Virus record (IMG/VR): IMGVR_UViG_3300010413_002660
Origin: a virus
Reading direction: 5' to 3' (one strand)
Length of the DNA stretch: 25,157 nucleotides
In this document: piece by piece, positions 6,940 to 14,170 of the stretch
Position numbering within the stretch: position 1 is the first letter of the stretch
Layout: every line of letters starts with the position of its first letter
Translations under genes and position numbers: made by a program
The notes under the pieces: generated by a model
What the model was told of the DNA's origin: nothing
What the model saw: the letters and a program-made list of their open reading frames with translations, nothing else
Databases searched by the model: none

Positions 6940-7158
6940 TCATCGGTCACCCTCTTTCTCCAATCCCAATTTATAAAACCACAATTCGTAGTATAAACGC
7001 CTTTTCGTCCAATTAAAACCTGGAAGTTTTTTTAGTCCATAATGTCTTTCACGGAGACGATGACCCAAACCACGGATTAAAGGATATTTTGATATAGTGT
7101 TTCCTTTAGCCACAAACTCCTCAACCGTTTCAAAGTGAATTTCTGGAAATCCATACAT
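6940..7158 (-). CDS. Hypothetical protein (72 aa)
   Basis: Purine-rich SD GAAGGGGG; co-oriented. Confidence 0.7.
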   Translation of the reverse strand: MYGFPEIHFETVEEFVAKGNTISKYPLIRGLGHRLRERHYGLKKLPGFNWTKRRLYYELWFYKLGLEKEGDR

Positions 7159-7236
7159 GGCTATCCCCCTTCCATGTGTGTGCTATTAATATCTTCTAAT
7201 AATCATTGACCCAAAATACTCTTGTACTTAGAGCCT

Positions 7237-7249
7237 TAGGGTAAGAGGG
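7237..7249. repeat. Dispersed hairpin repeat core TAGGGTAAGAGGG, copy 2 (stem 7231-7264)
   Basis: GAGCCTT..GTAAG-AGGGT-CTTAC..AAGGCTC; 79 nt upstream of ORF 6940-7158. Confidence 0.85.
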
Positions 7250-7281
7250 TCTTACTAAAGGCTCTTGATAAATATTGTGAT

Positions 7282-7300
7282 GGGCGCTCATCACGCGCCC
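7282..7300 (-). terminator. GC hairpin directly after ORF 7308-7628, possible terminator
   Basis: GGGCGC-7nt-GCGCCC; no clean U-tract. Confidence 0.35.
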
Positions 7301-7307
7301 GATTGAG

Positions 7308-7628
7308 TCAGTTTTTCCCGCTGCGAGCTTCCTTGAGAATTTTCTTCCATTTCCTATCCCAGTATTCTCTCTGTTCTCTGATAAGTGACGGAGAATACTT
7401 TTTGTGAACGCGAGCTTTTATGAGAGACTTTCTTCTTTTCCTGCGTTGCCCATCTAGCTTCGATCCAAGATACGTATACTTCTTGGTTAGTTTAGCAACA
7501 TTACTAGGATCTTCTCTTTTAGCTCTTTTGTAAGCTTTCTCGACCTCCTCAAAATCTTCGTCTATCTTCTTTATCTTCTCTTCCTGTTCTTTTTTCTGTA
7601 CCCATTTCTCTAAAAGCCAAATAAACAT
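7308..7628 (-). CDS. Basic, helical hypothetical protein (106 aa)
   Basis: SD AGGAG; K/R-rich. Confidence 0.75.
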   Translation of the reverse strand: MFIWLLEKWVQKKEQEEKIKKIDEDFEEVEKAYKRAKREDPSNVAKLTKKYTYLGSKLDGQRRKRRKSLIKARVHKKYSPSLIREQREYWDRKWKKILKEARSGKN

Positions 7629-7636
7629 ATTTTCTC

Positions 7637-7756
7637 CTATATAGCCTGAGATGGCGAAAAGGATGCTGGTGGGATTACGTTGAGCCTCTCTTGCTCTTTG
7701 TACGCTTCAAGCACGTTATGCACCCTCTTCGCCAAGCTACAAATAGATTGTTTCAT
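7637..7756 (-). CDS. Possible small protein (39 aa, MKQSICSLAKRVHNVLEAYKEQER...)
   Basis: Fills the gap and its stop overlaps the next SD; no strong SD of its own. Confidence 0.3.
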   Translation of the reverse strand: MKQSICSLAKRVHNVLEAYKEQERLNVIPPASFSPSQAI

Positions 7757-7838
7757 AGGCAGGCACCAAGCATAGTCCCCTTTTTGAAAAATATATATTC
7801 ACGGCAGGCATGATGCCCAATATGCCACCCCCTGCTAT

Positions 7839-8366
7839 TCAGAAATCTTCTAAATCGACTCTAACTCGATTGCCGCTGATTGGGTTTATCAGATAGGCTG
7901 CCTGAATCGCTGCGTCTGGAGCAGCACAAGTATGTGCCACAATTAAATTTTTGGCAATCTTTGTTCCCAGGTCGGGACCATCATACCTTTCTGGGAATTT
8001 TGCTAAACCCACCACCTTAATCTTTGACTCTTCTGTTACACCTGGAGTCTTCTCTTGTTTCTTTGGGCGAAAGAGATACTTCTCCTCGAACAGGCGTTTG
8101 TCGATTGTGGCCACCTTCTTCTGGTGGCGCTCGATCTCTTCCACTTTGTCCTGAAAATGATATGCGGCCTGATCGAGCAAAACTTTCAGCCTCTTCATGA
8201 ACCTCCCGAGAGATTCAATTCCCAGCTCCGAAATCTTATCAGTAGCCAAAAGGTCGAGAATCCCTTCCAACTGCTGGTATGCTATTCCATCATGGTCTTC
8301 GTAACACTCCTCAACGCGGCGTACATGGCCACGCCTCTTCTCAAGATCATATTTATCAAGCTCCAT
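7839..8366 (-). CDS. Hypothetical protein (175 aa, MELDKYDLE...)
   Basis: Start reassigned to ATG 8366 behind GGAGGT. Confidence 0.75.
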   Translation of the reverse strand: MELDKYDLEKRRGHVRRVEECYEDHDGIAYQQLEGILDLLATDKISELGIESLGRFMKRLKVLLDQAAYHFQDKVEEIERHQKKVATIDKRLFEEKYLFRPKKQEKTPGVTEESKIKVVGLAKFPERYDGPDLGTKIAKNLIVAHTCAAPDAAIQAAYLINPISGNRVRVDLEDF

Positions 8367-8700
8367 CTGTACCTCCGTGTAGTCTTTGTAGATTTCTGTT
8401 GGCCTCTTCCATTCTACTTCCCCAACATTCATCAAACACGGCAACACGCCACATCTCATACTTTGCATCATCCACCCAGTATGTATGAGGAGCAAAGTTG
8501 ATAACAGCTATACCGCCGTTCCAAAAAGAAACTTTGATGCGAAATGGCTTTTCTTCAGTAACTTCAGCATTCTGGAACATACGAGATAGCAAGCTGATTC
8601 TTTTTTCTGTGGACTTTATTTCGTCCAGAGCTATCAGGAATCGGACAGATACCCAGGCCTTCCACCTGATCCAAGCCTTCTCGTTGCAATATATTTTCAT
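8356..8700 (-). CDS. Hypothetical protein (114 aa, MKIYCNEKAW...)
   Basis: ATG 8700 behind GGAGG; ATGA overlap with the upstream stop. Confidence 0.75.
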   Translation of the reverse strand: MKIYCNEKAWIRWKAWVSVRFLIALDEIKSTEKRISLLSRMFQNAEVTEEKPFRIKVSFWNGGIAVINFAPHTYWVDDAKYEMWRVAVFDECWGSRMEEANRNLQRLHGGTDGA

Positions 8701-9065
8701 TGCGCCTCCAATGCTAGCGGAAGATTCTGTTCCGTACAAGTTTTTATGATCCTTTTCGCCATTTCCAATGACTGAAGGCCAAATATCTTGTGTTCATGTA
8801 ACATTTCCATCACAGCATCTTCTTTTCTAATTCTCTCTAGATCTTGCTTGGCTTTTAAATAAAATTTGATCAAGTTTGCAATTGTTCTAGAATCATTAGC
8901 CACCAAGACTTCCATTCCAATATTAAATTCTTCTACGAAAAGGAGCATAGCATGCATCTCATAGAAAGAATCCAGCTCCTCTACGGGCTTTCCATTGGCA
9001 CCCATCGAGTTTGCTCTTTCATAAACACAAGGTAGGTGAGTGCTTCCTGTAATTTTTTCACACAC
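8697..9065 (-). CDS. Hypothetical protein (122 aa), or the -1 frameshift continuation of 8981-9274
   Basis: GTG start 7 nt after GGAGG, coinciding with an A AAA AAG slippery site. Confidence 0.65.
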   Translation of the reverse strand: MCEKITGSTHLPCVYERANSMGANGKPVEELDSFYEMHAMLLFVEEFNIGMEVLVANDSRTIANLIKFYLKAKQDLERIRKEDAVMEMLHEHKIFGLQSLEMAKRIIKTCTEQNLPLALEAQ

Positions 9066-9274
9066 TTTTTTGCCTCCCTCTGATAATCAAGGAAATAGGT
9101 GTCTTTCGGGTTATCTATCAGGATGCTTCTACAAACAGCTTCACGCATATTTGCTATTTCCAGAGCATCGGATACTCTAGAAATTAGACCTTCCAGAAAA
9201 ACATCTCCTCCCTGAAGAGCTTTGATCACTTCTTCGAGCAGATGAGGGACGGTCTCGGCTATGAATCGTGACAT
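8981..9274 (-). CDS. Hypothetical protein (97 aa)
   Basis: SD AAAGGAG. Confidence 0.7.
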   Translation of the reverse strand: MSRFIAETVPHLLEEVIKALQGGDVFLEGLISRVSDALEIANMREAVCRSILIDNPKDTYFLDYQREAKKCVKKLQEALTYLVFMKEQTRWVPMESP

Positions 9275-9346
9275 GGATTCTCCTTTCTGATAAATGATGG
9301 TTCTCTTTTAGACTTCTATGCACTTACCATATGAAAGCAAGCGCTC

Positions 9347-9778
9347 TTACCGTGTGGAATCAGATTTCTTTTCGTTGCGTGTGAAGTCCTCGAAAGCCTC
9401 AATGAGGTCTTTTTCCAGCTTGGACCACCGGAAAAAGCTATTCCGATAGGATTTTATGATCCTGTGAACAACCCACCCAAAATCTCTCGCACACTCGTTT
9501 GCTGTGGTATTGATAGCAACATCGAGGCTTTGTTGAATTGTCCGAAAAAATTTCACTATATCTCTATCACCCCTCTCTTCAGCTGATTCCGCAAGGCGTT
9601 TGAAGCGATTTCTCGTGGCAATAGCGAGGGCGAGTGCCTCATCTATGTCCATTGATGTAATCTTTTTCTTTGTAATGATTACTGAATACGCCTCTTGGAT
9701 GCCGCTTCTGAAAGTTGTGAGGAAGTTGGCAACCATACGTTTGATTTCTTCCATTTGGACAGCTGCATAAGTAGACAT
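9347..9778 (-). CDS. Hypothetical helical protein (143 aa)
   Basis: SD GAAGGGAG; co-oriented. Confidence 0.75.
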   Translation of the reverse strand: MSTYAAVQMEEIKRMVANFLTTFRSGIQEAYSVIITKKKITSMDIDEALALAIATRNRFKRLAESAEERGDRDIVKFFRTIQQSLDVAINTTANECARDFGWVVHRIIKSYRNSFFRWSKLEKDLIEAFEDFTRNEKKSDSTR

Positions 9779-9854
9779 TATTTCTCTCCTTCCATGTTAT
9801 TTTTCAAATGTATTCTTCTTGCCCAAAGACAAGTTTATTTTCCTATTTAGTGTT

Positions 9855-9890
9855 AAAAAGCGGGCTCCCCTGAGCGACAAGAGCGCCCGC
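9855..9890 (-). terminator. Intrinsic terminator
   Basis: GCGGGC/GCCCGC stem (9860-9865/9885-9890) followed by T5 on the minus strand, just after the stop at 9902. Confidence 0.7.
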
Positions 9891-9901
9891 CCTGTTGAGT
9901 T

Positions 9902-10462
9902 CTACAACGTATGCACAACAAACTCCGGTGGATCGTTGCGCTCTCTTTGTCTGATTTTCTCTTTGATTTTGTCCGCAAGATTTCCTGCTCCTTCTTTTGT
10001 TTTATCAGCAGCGGACTTTGCTACGTCCTTTGTCTTCTCACCGAGATAAAGCGCTCCGTCCCTTGTTTTCTTTCCGACAGAAAATGCCCCATCACGTGCT
10101 TTCTTACCAACATAAATCGCCCCATCTTTGACGTGAGTAACCGCAGAAACTGGAATCTTTTCTCTAGGGAAAGCCCACCAGAAGAAACGTTCAACAAAGG
10201 TCATACTACCACGAACAGCTTTCTTGTTGAAACTCTTGCTCACATGGCTCTCTCTTATCTGTCTGCGGATTCTGTCTTGCATCGCGTCGTCGGTACTTGC
10301 AGACGAAACGATTACATTTTCCATCCGAGTAATTATGCCAAGAGGCTCACTTCGAGCAAGATGCCAATGATACGCTCCGTAGGCTGTTATTGCTACCACA
10401 ACAGTTATGCTCGAAAAGAATATCCATTTCACGGTCCTCTTTCCAATGTTTTTCCAGTTCAT
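9902..10462 (-). CDS. Membrane-anchored protein with 11-residue LEA-like amphipathic repeats (186 aa, MNWKNIGKR...)
   Basis: SD AAAGGAGG; N-terminal TM; repeats VKDGAIYVGKK/ARDGAFSVGKK/TRDGALYLGEK/TKDVAKSAADK/TKEGAGNLADK. Confidence 0.8.
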   Translation of the reverse strand: MNWKNIGKRTVKWIFFSSITVVVAITAYGAYHWHLARSEPLGIITRMENVIVSSASTDDAMQDRIRRQIRESHVSKSFNKKAVRGSMTFVERFFWWAFPREKIPVSAVTHVKDGAIYVGKKARDGAFSVGKKTRDGALYLGEKTKDVAKSAADKTKEGAGNLADKIKEKIRQRERNDPPEFVVHTL

Positions 10463-10838
10463 TCTTTCCTCCTTTTTGATTTGTTCTAACGCCATACAAA
10501 TGCGCCTCTGCCGGTAGACCTTTCTTCCTATTCATCGCATTTGCAACGAACCACCTAGCGTTGAACTGAAGGGAAGGATCTCGTATTACATAGGACAGAA
10601 GAGCCCATGTCGCATCAAAACTCTCTGTAATAGCGGCTTGTCTCAGCTTGTTTATTGTGCTACCACATTTCCGAAAGAGTTTGAAATTCAGCCATGGGGA
10701 ATCTTCCGTACTTAATGCGATTTCCTTTAATGTTATGATTACTCTGGAACCATAGTGAAATCCAAGGACTCGACCCCACTGAAGTCCAAATCTATTGGTC
10801 CCACTCTTCAGATTCCAGCCCTGAATGTCTAACCACAT
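10347..10838 (-). CDS. Hypothetical protein (MWLDIQGW...), 3' end uncertain
   Basis: ATG 10838 behind GGAGGT; runs 116 nt into the next gene. Confidence 0.55.
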   Translation of the reverse strand: MWLDIQGWNLKSGTNRFGLQWGRVLGFHYGSRVIITLKEIALSTEDSPWLNFKLFRKCGSTINKLRQAAITESFDATWALLSYVIRDPSLQFNARWFVANAMNRKKGLPAEAHLYGVRTNQKGGKNELEKHWKEDREMDILFEHNCCGSNNSLRSVSLASCSK

Positions 10839-10843
10839 CTGTA

Positions 10844-11194
10844 TCACCTCCCTACGTTCTGCCTTTCAGGAAGGCTTTCTACTACAAATTGAATAAATGG
10901 AAAGTAGCTCTTGCTAGAAGCCATCTTTTTTAAAGATGAAAGCATGAAAGAATATGTCCACCTCTCACTGGACTTGCCATGTAGATGTTGAGCTATCTGT
11001 AGGTACGGGACTTTTGTCCTAATAGCATGCTCAACTACACATGCGCCAATCACCGTGGCTTCCCCAATCTCATTTGAAAATGAGTGTTGCAAAGCAACAG
11101 ACAGCAACAACCACGGACCCAATGCTGGTTCGTGCTTGTAAATCTCTATCTGTGACAAGGCAGCGCCCAAAACAATCCGAAGATTTCGATTCAT
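10844..11194 (-). CDS. Hypothetical protein (116 aa)
   Basis: ATGA overlap with the upstream stop. Confidence 0.7.
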   Translation of the reverse strand: MNRNLRIVLGAALSQIEIYKHEPALGPWLLLSVALQHSFSNEIGEATVIGACVVEHAIRTKVPYLQIAQHLHGKSSERWTYSFMLSSLKKMASSKSYFPFIQFVVESLPERQNVGR

Positions 11195-11589
11195 GTCATC
11201 TCCCTGACAGCAGCACGCACTATGGTGACTTCATCTTTCACCTTTCTTTCGAACGTGTCCAGACTAGTGCCCATATTGCGGCCTAAATTACCGAGTTTTG
11301 TCTTCAATATTGCATTCTCTTTATTCGTCTCCTCGGTGCTTTGCGTCTGCCGCTTCAACTCTTCGACTGTCCGCACCAACTCTTCGACTGTCCGCATGCA
11401 ACGCACTCTCAGAGAAGCTATCTCTTTTGCCTGCTCTACCTCTCTTTCTGACTGCCGTCTTTCATTTAACTCGTTTATGTTTTTACAGAATTGGTTTCTG
11501 TTCCGTTCACTGACAGTCCTTCTATAGAGTGTTCTAGTCCGAGAATCCTGCCAATGCTTGTGGGCTCTATCTTTTGAGTCCATTATCAT
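11191..11589 (-). CDS. Coiled-coil hypothetical protein (~132 aa)
   Basis: Heptad pattern including a duplicated RTVEEL; SD AAAGGA. Confidence 0.7.
   Translation of the reverse strand: MIMDSKDRAHKHWQDSRTRTLYRRTVSERNRNQFCKNINELNERRQSEREVEQAKEIASLRVRCMRTVEELVRTVEELKRQTQSTEETNKENAILKTKLGNLGRNMGTSLDTFERKVKDEVTIVRAAVREMT
11356..11396. repeat. Perfect 20-nt direct repeat, period 21 (in-frame heptad duplication)
   Basis: CAACTCTTCGACTGTCCGCA at 11356-11375 and 11377-11396. Confidence 0.9.
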
Positions 11590-11845
11590 CACAGTTCCTT
11601 TCTTTGCCAGATGTAAATGATCTGACGATTAATAAGAGTAGAACCGATCCTGTGGTACCGGACACTACCTTTCCAATAAATCCGGAAATAGGTAGGCTTA
11701 TGATACCAAAGATCATTACTCCAAAAATTGATCCTAGTACACCGACTAGGAGATTGAAACCAAAGCCAGAGCTTTCGTTGTTGACAATGAGTGACGCAAG
11801 CCACCCACAGACTGCGCACACAAAAAGGAGATAAAACAAATACAT
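11567..11845 (-). CDS. GlsB/YeaQ/YmgE (transglycosylase-associated) family membrane protein
   Basis: GWLASLIV..ESSGFGFNLLVGVLGSIFG..GSVLLLLIV signature; SD AGGAG. Confidence 0.85.
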   Translation of the reverse strand: MYLFYLLFVCAVCGWLASLIVNNESSGFGFNLLVGVLGSIFGVMIFGIISLPISGFIGKVVSGTTGSVLLLLIVRSFTSGKERNCDDNGLKR

Positions 11846-11898
11846 AAGGATCTCCTATGGAAAGGGTAGTCATAGCTACTACTATTTTCAGTTATCCT

Positions 11899-12012
11899 TT
11901 AGATTCGCTTCAAATTTTCATCTTTTGCTTTATGTAGGCCATTATCTTTTACTAACATTGCACAGAGACAAAGGCATTTTTGAATTTCATAAATGCAAGT
12001 ATCTCGTGCCAT
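11899..12012 (-). CDS. Small Cys-containing peptide (37 aa, MARDTCIYEIQKCLCLCAML...)
   Basis: SD AGGAG 7 nt before ATG; absent from the ORF track. Confidence 0.45.
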   Translation of the reverse strand: MARDTCIYEIQKCLCLCAMLVKDNGLHKAKDENLKRI

Positions 12013-12129
12013 ATGTTAGCTCCTACCATGATATTCGCAGCTATGACTAACATTGAGTTATTGCTGGTCCACGCATTCGATAGCCAATATCACTGCATGA
12101 TATCGTCTCCTTTCAGGGTATAGTTGCTA

Positions 12130-12204
12130 CTATCCCCAAATATGAAAAATACAGATACAAAAGGCTGTTGCAATAATAAGAGTAATCGCAACATTCTGAG
12201 ACAT
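12130..12204 (-). CDS. Hydrophobic micropeptide (24 aa, MSQNVAITLIIATAFCICIFHIWG)
   Basis: SD-like GAGGT before ATG; single TM; tandem TAG TAG stop. Confidence 0.45.
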   Translation of the reverse strand: MSQNVAITLIIATAFCICIFHIWG

Positions 12205-12367
12205 CACCTCATCCTTTCTGGGTTATTTAACCTTTCATCTCTCCATATATCACCCCCTTCTTTGAACGCTGATTTTCTCTTTTCTAGTACCATGAGGGTA
12301 CGTTCTGATAAGATAAGTACCCGAATGTACTCTTTAGTACAAGAGCTACGTAACCCCTTTACTCTAG

Positions 12368-12380
12368 TAGGGTAAGAGGG
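12368..12380. repeat. Dispersed hairpin repeat core TAGGGTAAGAGGG, copy 3
   Basis: Followed by ATTTACTAGGCTCTTGA as in copy 1; preceded by CCCGAATGTACTCTTT (12320-12335), identical to 55-70. Confidence 0.85.
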
Positions 12381-12424
12381 ATTTACTAGGCTCTTGAACC
12401 ACCCCTACGGCCCTCTATAAAAGG

Positions 12425-12449
12425 AAAAACGCGTGAGCGCGCGCACGTC
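12425..12449 (-). terminator. Probable intrinsic terminator
   Basis: Minus strand GCGCG-CTCA-CGCGT followed by TTTTCCTTTT. Confidence 0.5.
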
Positions 12450-12476
12450 TCCTTCCTAACTCAGCACGGCATATTA

Positions 12477-12572
12477 TTATTGCCAATTAAGAATTAGGTC
12501 AAGGGTTGAAGAGTTGACGGTTATCAGCACTCTGGATTTCTTGGTGCCATAAACTGGCTCCTTTCTAGGCAT
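12477..12572 (-). CDS. Possible 31-aa peptide (MPRKEPVYGTKKSRVLITV...) inside the 3' end of the RNA candidate
   Basis: AGGAGG only 4 nt before ATG; its sequence is also used in long-range pairing. Confidence 0.25.
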   Translation of the reverse strand: MPRKEPVYGTKKSRVLITVNSSTLDLILNWQ

Positions 12573-13125
12573 TTGGCCTCCTATGTCCTCATTAATTCGA
12601 GGAGAATTTATGGGTGGACTAGACAGTTGGCTTTGTCTACCCACTACCATCTTTGAGGATCTTCTTGACATGAAGTTCCTCACCGCATTCCTCTTTGGAT
12701 TGTGAGCCTGAATCGGCCCGAGACATGTAGAGGTGAGCTTTTCCATCCCAATGGAAACTTTCCTCCAGATGCTCTTCAATCCATGAACGGCTTTCGAGTT
12801 TGCCCAAACCCGAAAGCGTTGGTCAGTTACGTCGATTTTCTCAACCGACGTTTCATCCATCCCTCTGACAGCACTGAACGTCATGAAGCAACTCTCCCAA
12901 TGCAACTTTCCATTGCGGAAAGCGGATGGTGACTTAGCTATTTTCCCGCTAGGAACCCCGATAAGCTAAGTCGCTACTCGCCTCCAATAGATTTGGTTGC
13001 GAGTAATGTTTATGGAAAGAAATTACTAATTATATCTTAATGATCTACCCCCTAGATCTTTCTCCGTAATTCGGAAAGGGCAGACCTTGGCCCTTCTATC
13101 TAAAAACACCACGCGGGTGTTAATA
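12480..13125 (-). ncRNA. Candidate large structured non-coding RNA (unassigned family)
   Basis: At least 12 helices including long-range pairings; mismatches resolve to G-U or purine-purine on the minus strand; TATAAT at 13029-13034 and a terminator at 12425-12449 could bound a ~600-nt transcript. Confidence 0.6.
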
Positions 13126-13177
13126 AACCGTACTTCTTTATATAGCTATTTGAAGTACCCTATTCTACTTTACGTAA

Positions 13178-13209
13178 CCTTTATTGGGTAGAGGGTACTA
13201 CCATAAAGG
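13178..13209. repeat. Hairpin-family variant with GGGTAGAGGG core (13186-13195)
   Basis: CCTTTAT/ATAAAGG outer and GGTAG/CTACC inner stems; preceded by AAGTACCC and TACGTAACC as in copy 3. Confidence 0.7.
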
Positions 13210-13281
13210 CTACTTATTGTCGTACGCACACACGCAGACGCAACCCTCGTGTTTACTGTGCCGTATGGGACAATCCCATAA

Positions 13282-13338
13282 TTCTATAAATATACCTTAA
13301 AGTGGGTAGAGGGTACCCAAATAAGGTATATTATAGAA
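13282..13338. repeat. Long inverted repeat with GAGGG loop (hairpin-family variant)
   Basis: TTCTATA/TATAGAA, ATATACCTT/AAGGTATAT and TGGGTA-GAGGG-TACCCA: 22 bp in total. Confidence 0.8.
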
Positions 13339-13343
13339 AACGT

Positions 13344-13634
13344 TTACTGATGGGAGGAGATGTTGGACTCAGGAAGCAGCAACCTTTTACCAGGGATTTC
13401 TTTCTCTCGCAGAAAATTACACCACATAAGATATGAGATGAAGGCATGAAAGACTGTGCTGTATTTGTCTTCATCATCAGTTAACTTTGAGTACAAATTC
13501 TCTTCTATGCAGTTCCATCCATTAAGCCAATAGTGAGGAGATACACATATTGGTTTCTCTGGCTTATTTGAATAGTAAACCGTAAAGCATAGAGAATTTC
13601 CTTTGTCCCACGAAATAAAAACATCCGTGACCAT
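13344..13634 (-). CDS. Hypothetical protein (~96 aa, MVTDVFISW...)
   Basis: Co-oriented ORF; weak SD. Confidence 0.55.
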   Translation of the reverse strand: MVTDVFISWDKGNSLCFTVYYSNKPEKPICVSPHYWLNGWNCIEENLYSKLTDDEDKYSTVFHAFISYLMWCNFLREKEIPGKRLLLPESNISSHQ

Positions 13635-13871
13635 TGCAGCCCCCACAACAAGAAGCTTAGCATTCCCTCTTAATGCTAGCTTTTAGGCAGGTGAGGATAG
13701 GAATCCCCGAAGGGACCCTACCCTCTGGTGGAAGGCTTGTTAAAAGATTGATATGTCTTATATTCACCGCCGATCCGGTTATTTTCCACTGGAAGATAAG
13801 ACCTGCTGATGCCAACACAGACCTTATCAACCAGTGTAGGAAGGGAGTATGCTATGGCTGAAATACAGCGT

Positions 13872-14099
13872 TTATAGATTAGGGCGTAAAACCCTCTTCT
13901 GCCGCAAGAAGGGCTCGATGACCAAGGACCACAGAGACCAAACTGCAAGGAAAGCCGGTGGACCCAGCCAAACCGAAAGTGTTATTATTGTAAACCAATC
14001 AAATGCTAGCCCAAATAGGGCACTCTTGATTAGGGTGATCAGTAGCAATGGGGCAGAGATCACCAGAAGCCTCAAAAAAGTTTTTTCCCACCAGTCCAT
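13872..14099 (-). CDS. Small two-TM membrane protein (75 aa)
   Basis: SD AAAGGA; two hydrophobic helices and a basic C-terminus. Confidence 0.75.
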   Translation of the reverse strand: MDWWEKTFLRLLVISAPLLLITLIKSALFGLAFDWFTIITLSVWLGPPAFLAVWSLWSLVIEPFLRQKRVLRPNL

Positions 14100-14170
14100 T
14101 TAATAGTCCTTTCTTGGTATTTGGGCCTTTAAACCCGAAGGGTACCTAAAGGCCTTTAAATATATCCTCT

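Noticed and set aside
7800-7830. Sigma-54 -24/-12 promoters (here and at 890, 12468)
   Set aside because: Only 7803-7816 has GG-N10-GC spacing and its flanks deviate from TGGCAC/TTGC; the others have the wrong spacing.
12127-12132. Stop-codon reassignment (TAG or TGA readthrough)
   Set aside because: Conserved-family genes are intact in code 11, and TAG/TGA stops abut or overlap downstream starts normally.
12757-12766. GGAGGAAAGU resembling RNase P CR-I
   Set aside because: No following CC/P4 strand, no P3, and no ACAGAA...GCUUA-type CR-V at the 3' end.
12477-12905. 142-aa minus-strand ORF
   Set aside because: TTG start without SD, S/R-rich composition, and it coincides with dense RNA helices; only the last 31 codons have an SD.
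12600-12960. Group I intron-like words (GCGGGAAA, AUCCGC, UAGUCC) and group II intron
   Set aside because: No GACUA partner for P7 in the right order, no interrupted host gene, and no group II domain V.
13705-13715. CCCGAAGGG as an N4-type GNA-triloop DNA promoter hairpin (also 14134-14142)
   Set aside because: The 13705 copy is more simply a minus-strand cUUCGg RNA tetraloop; there are only two instances and no shared downstream sequence.
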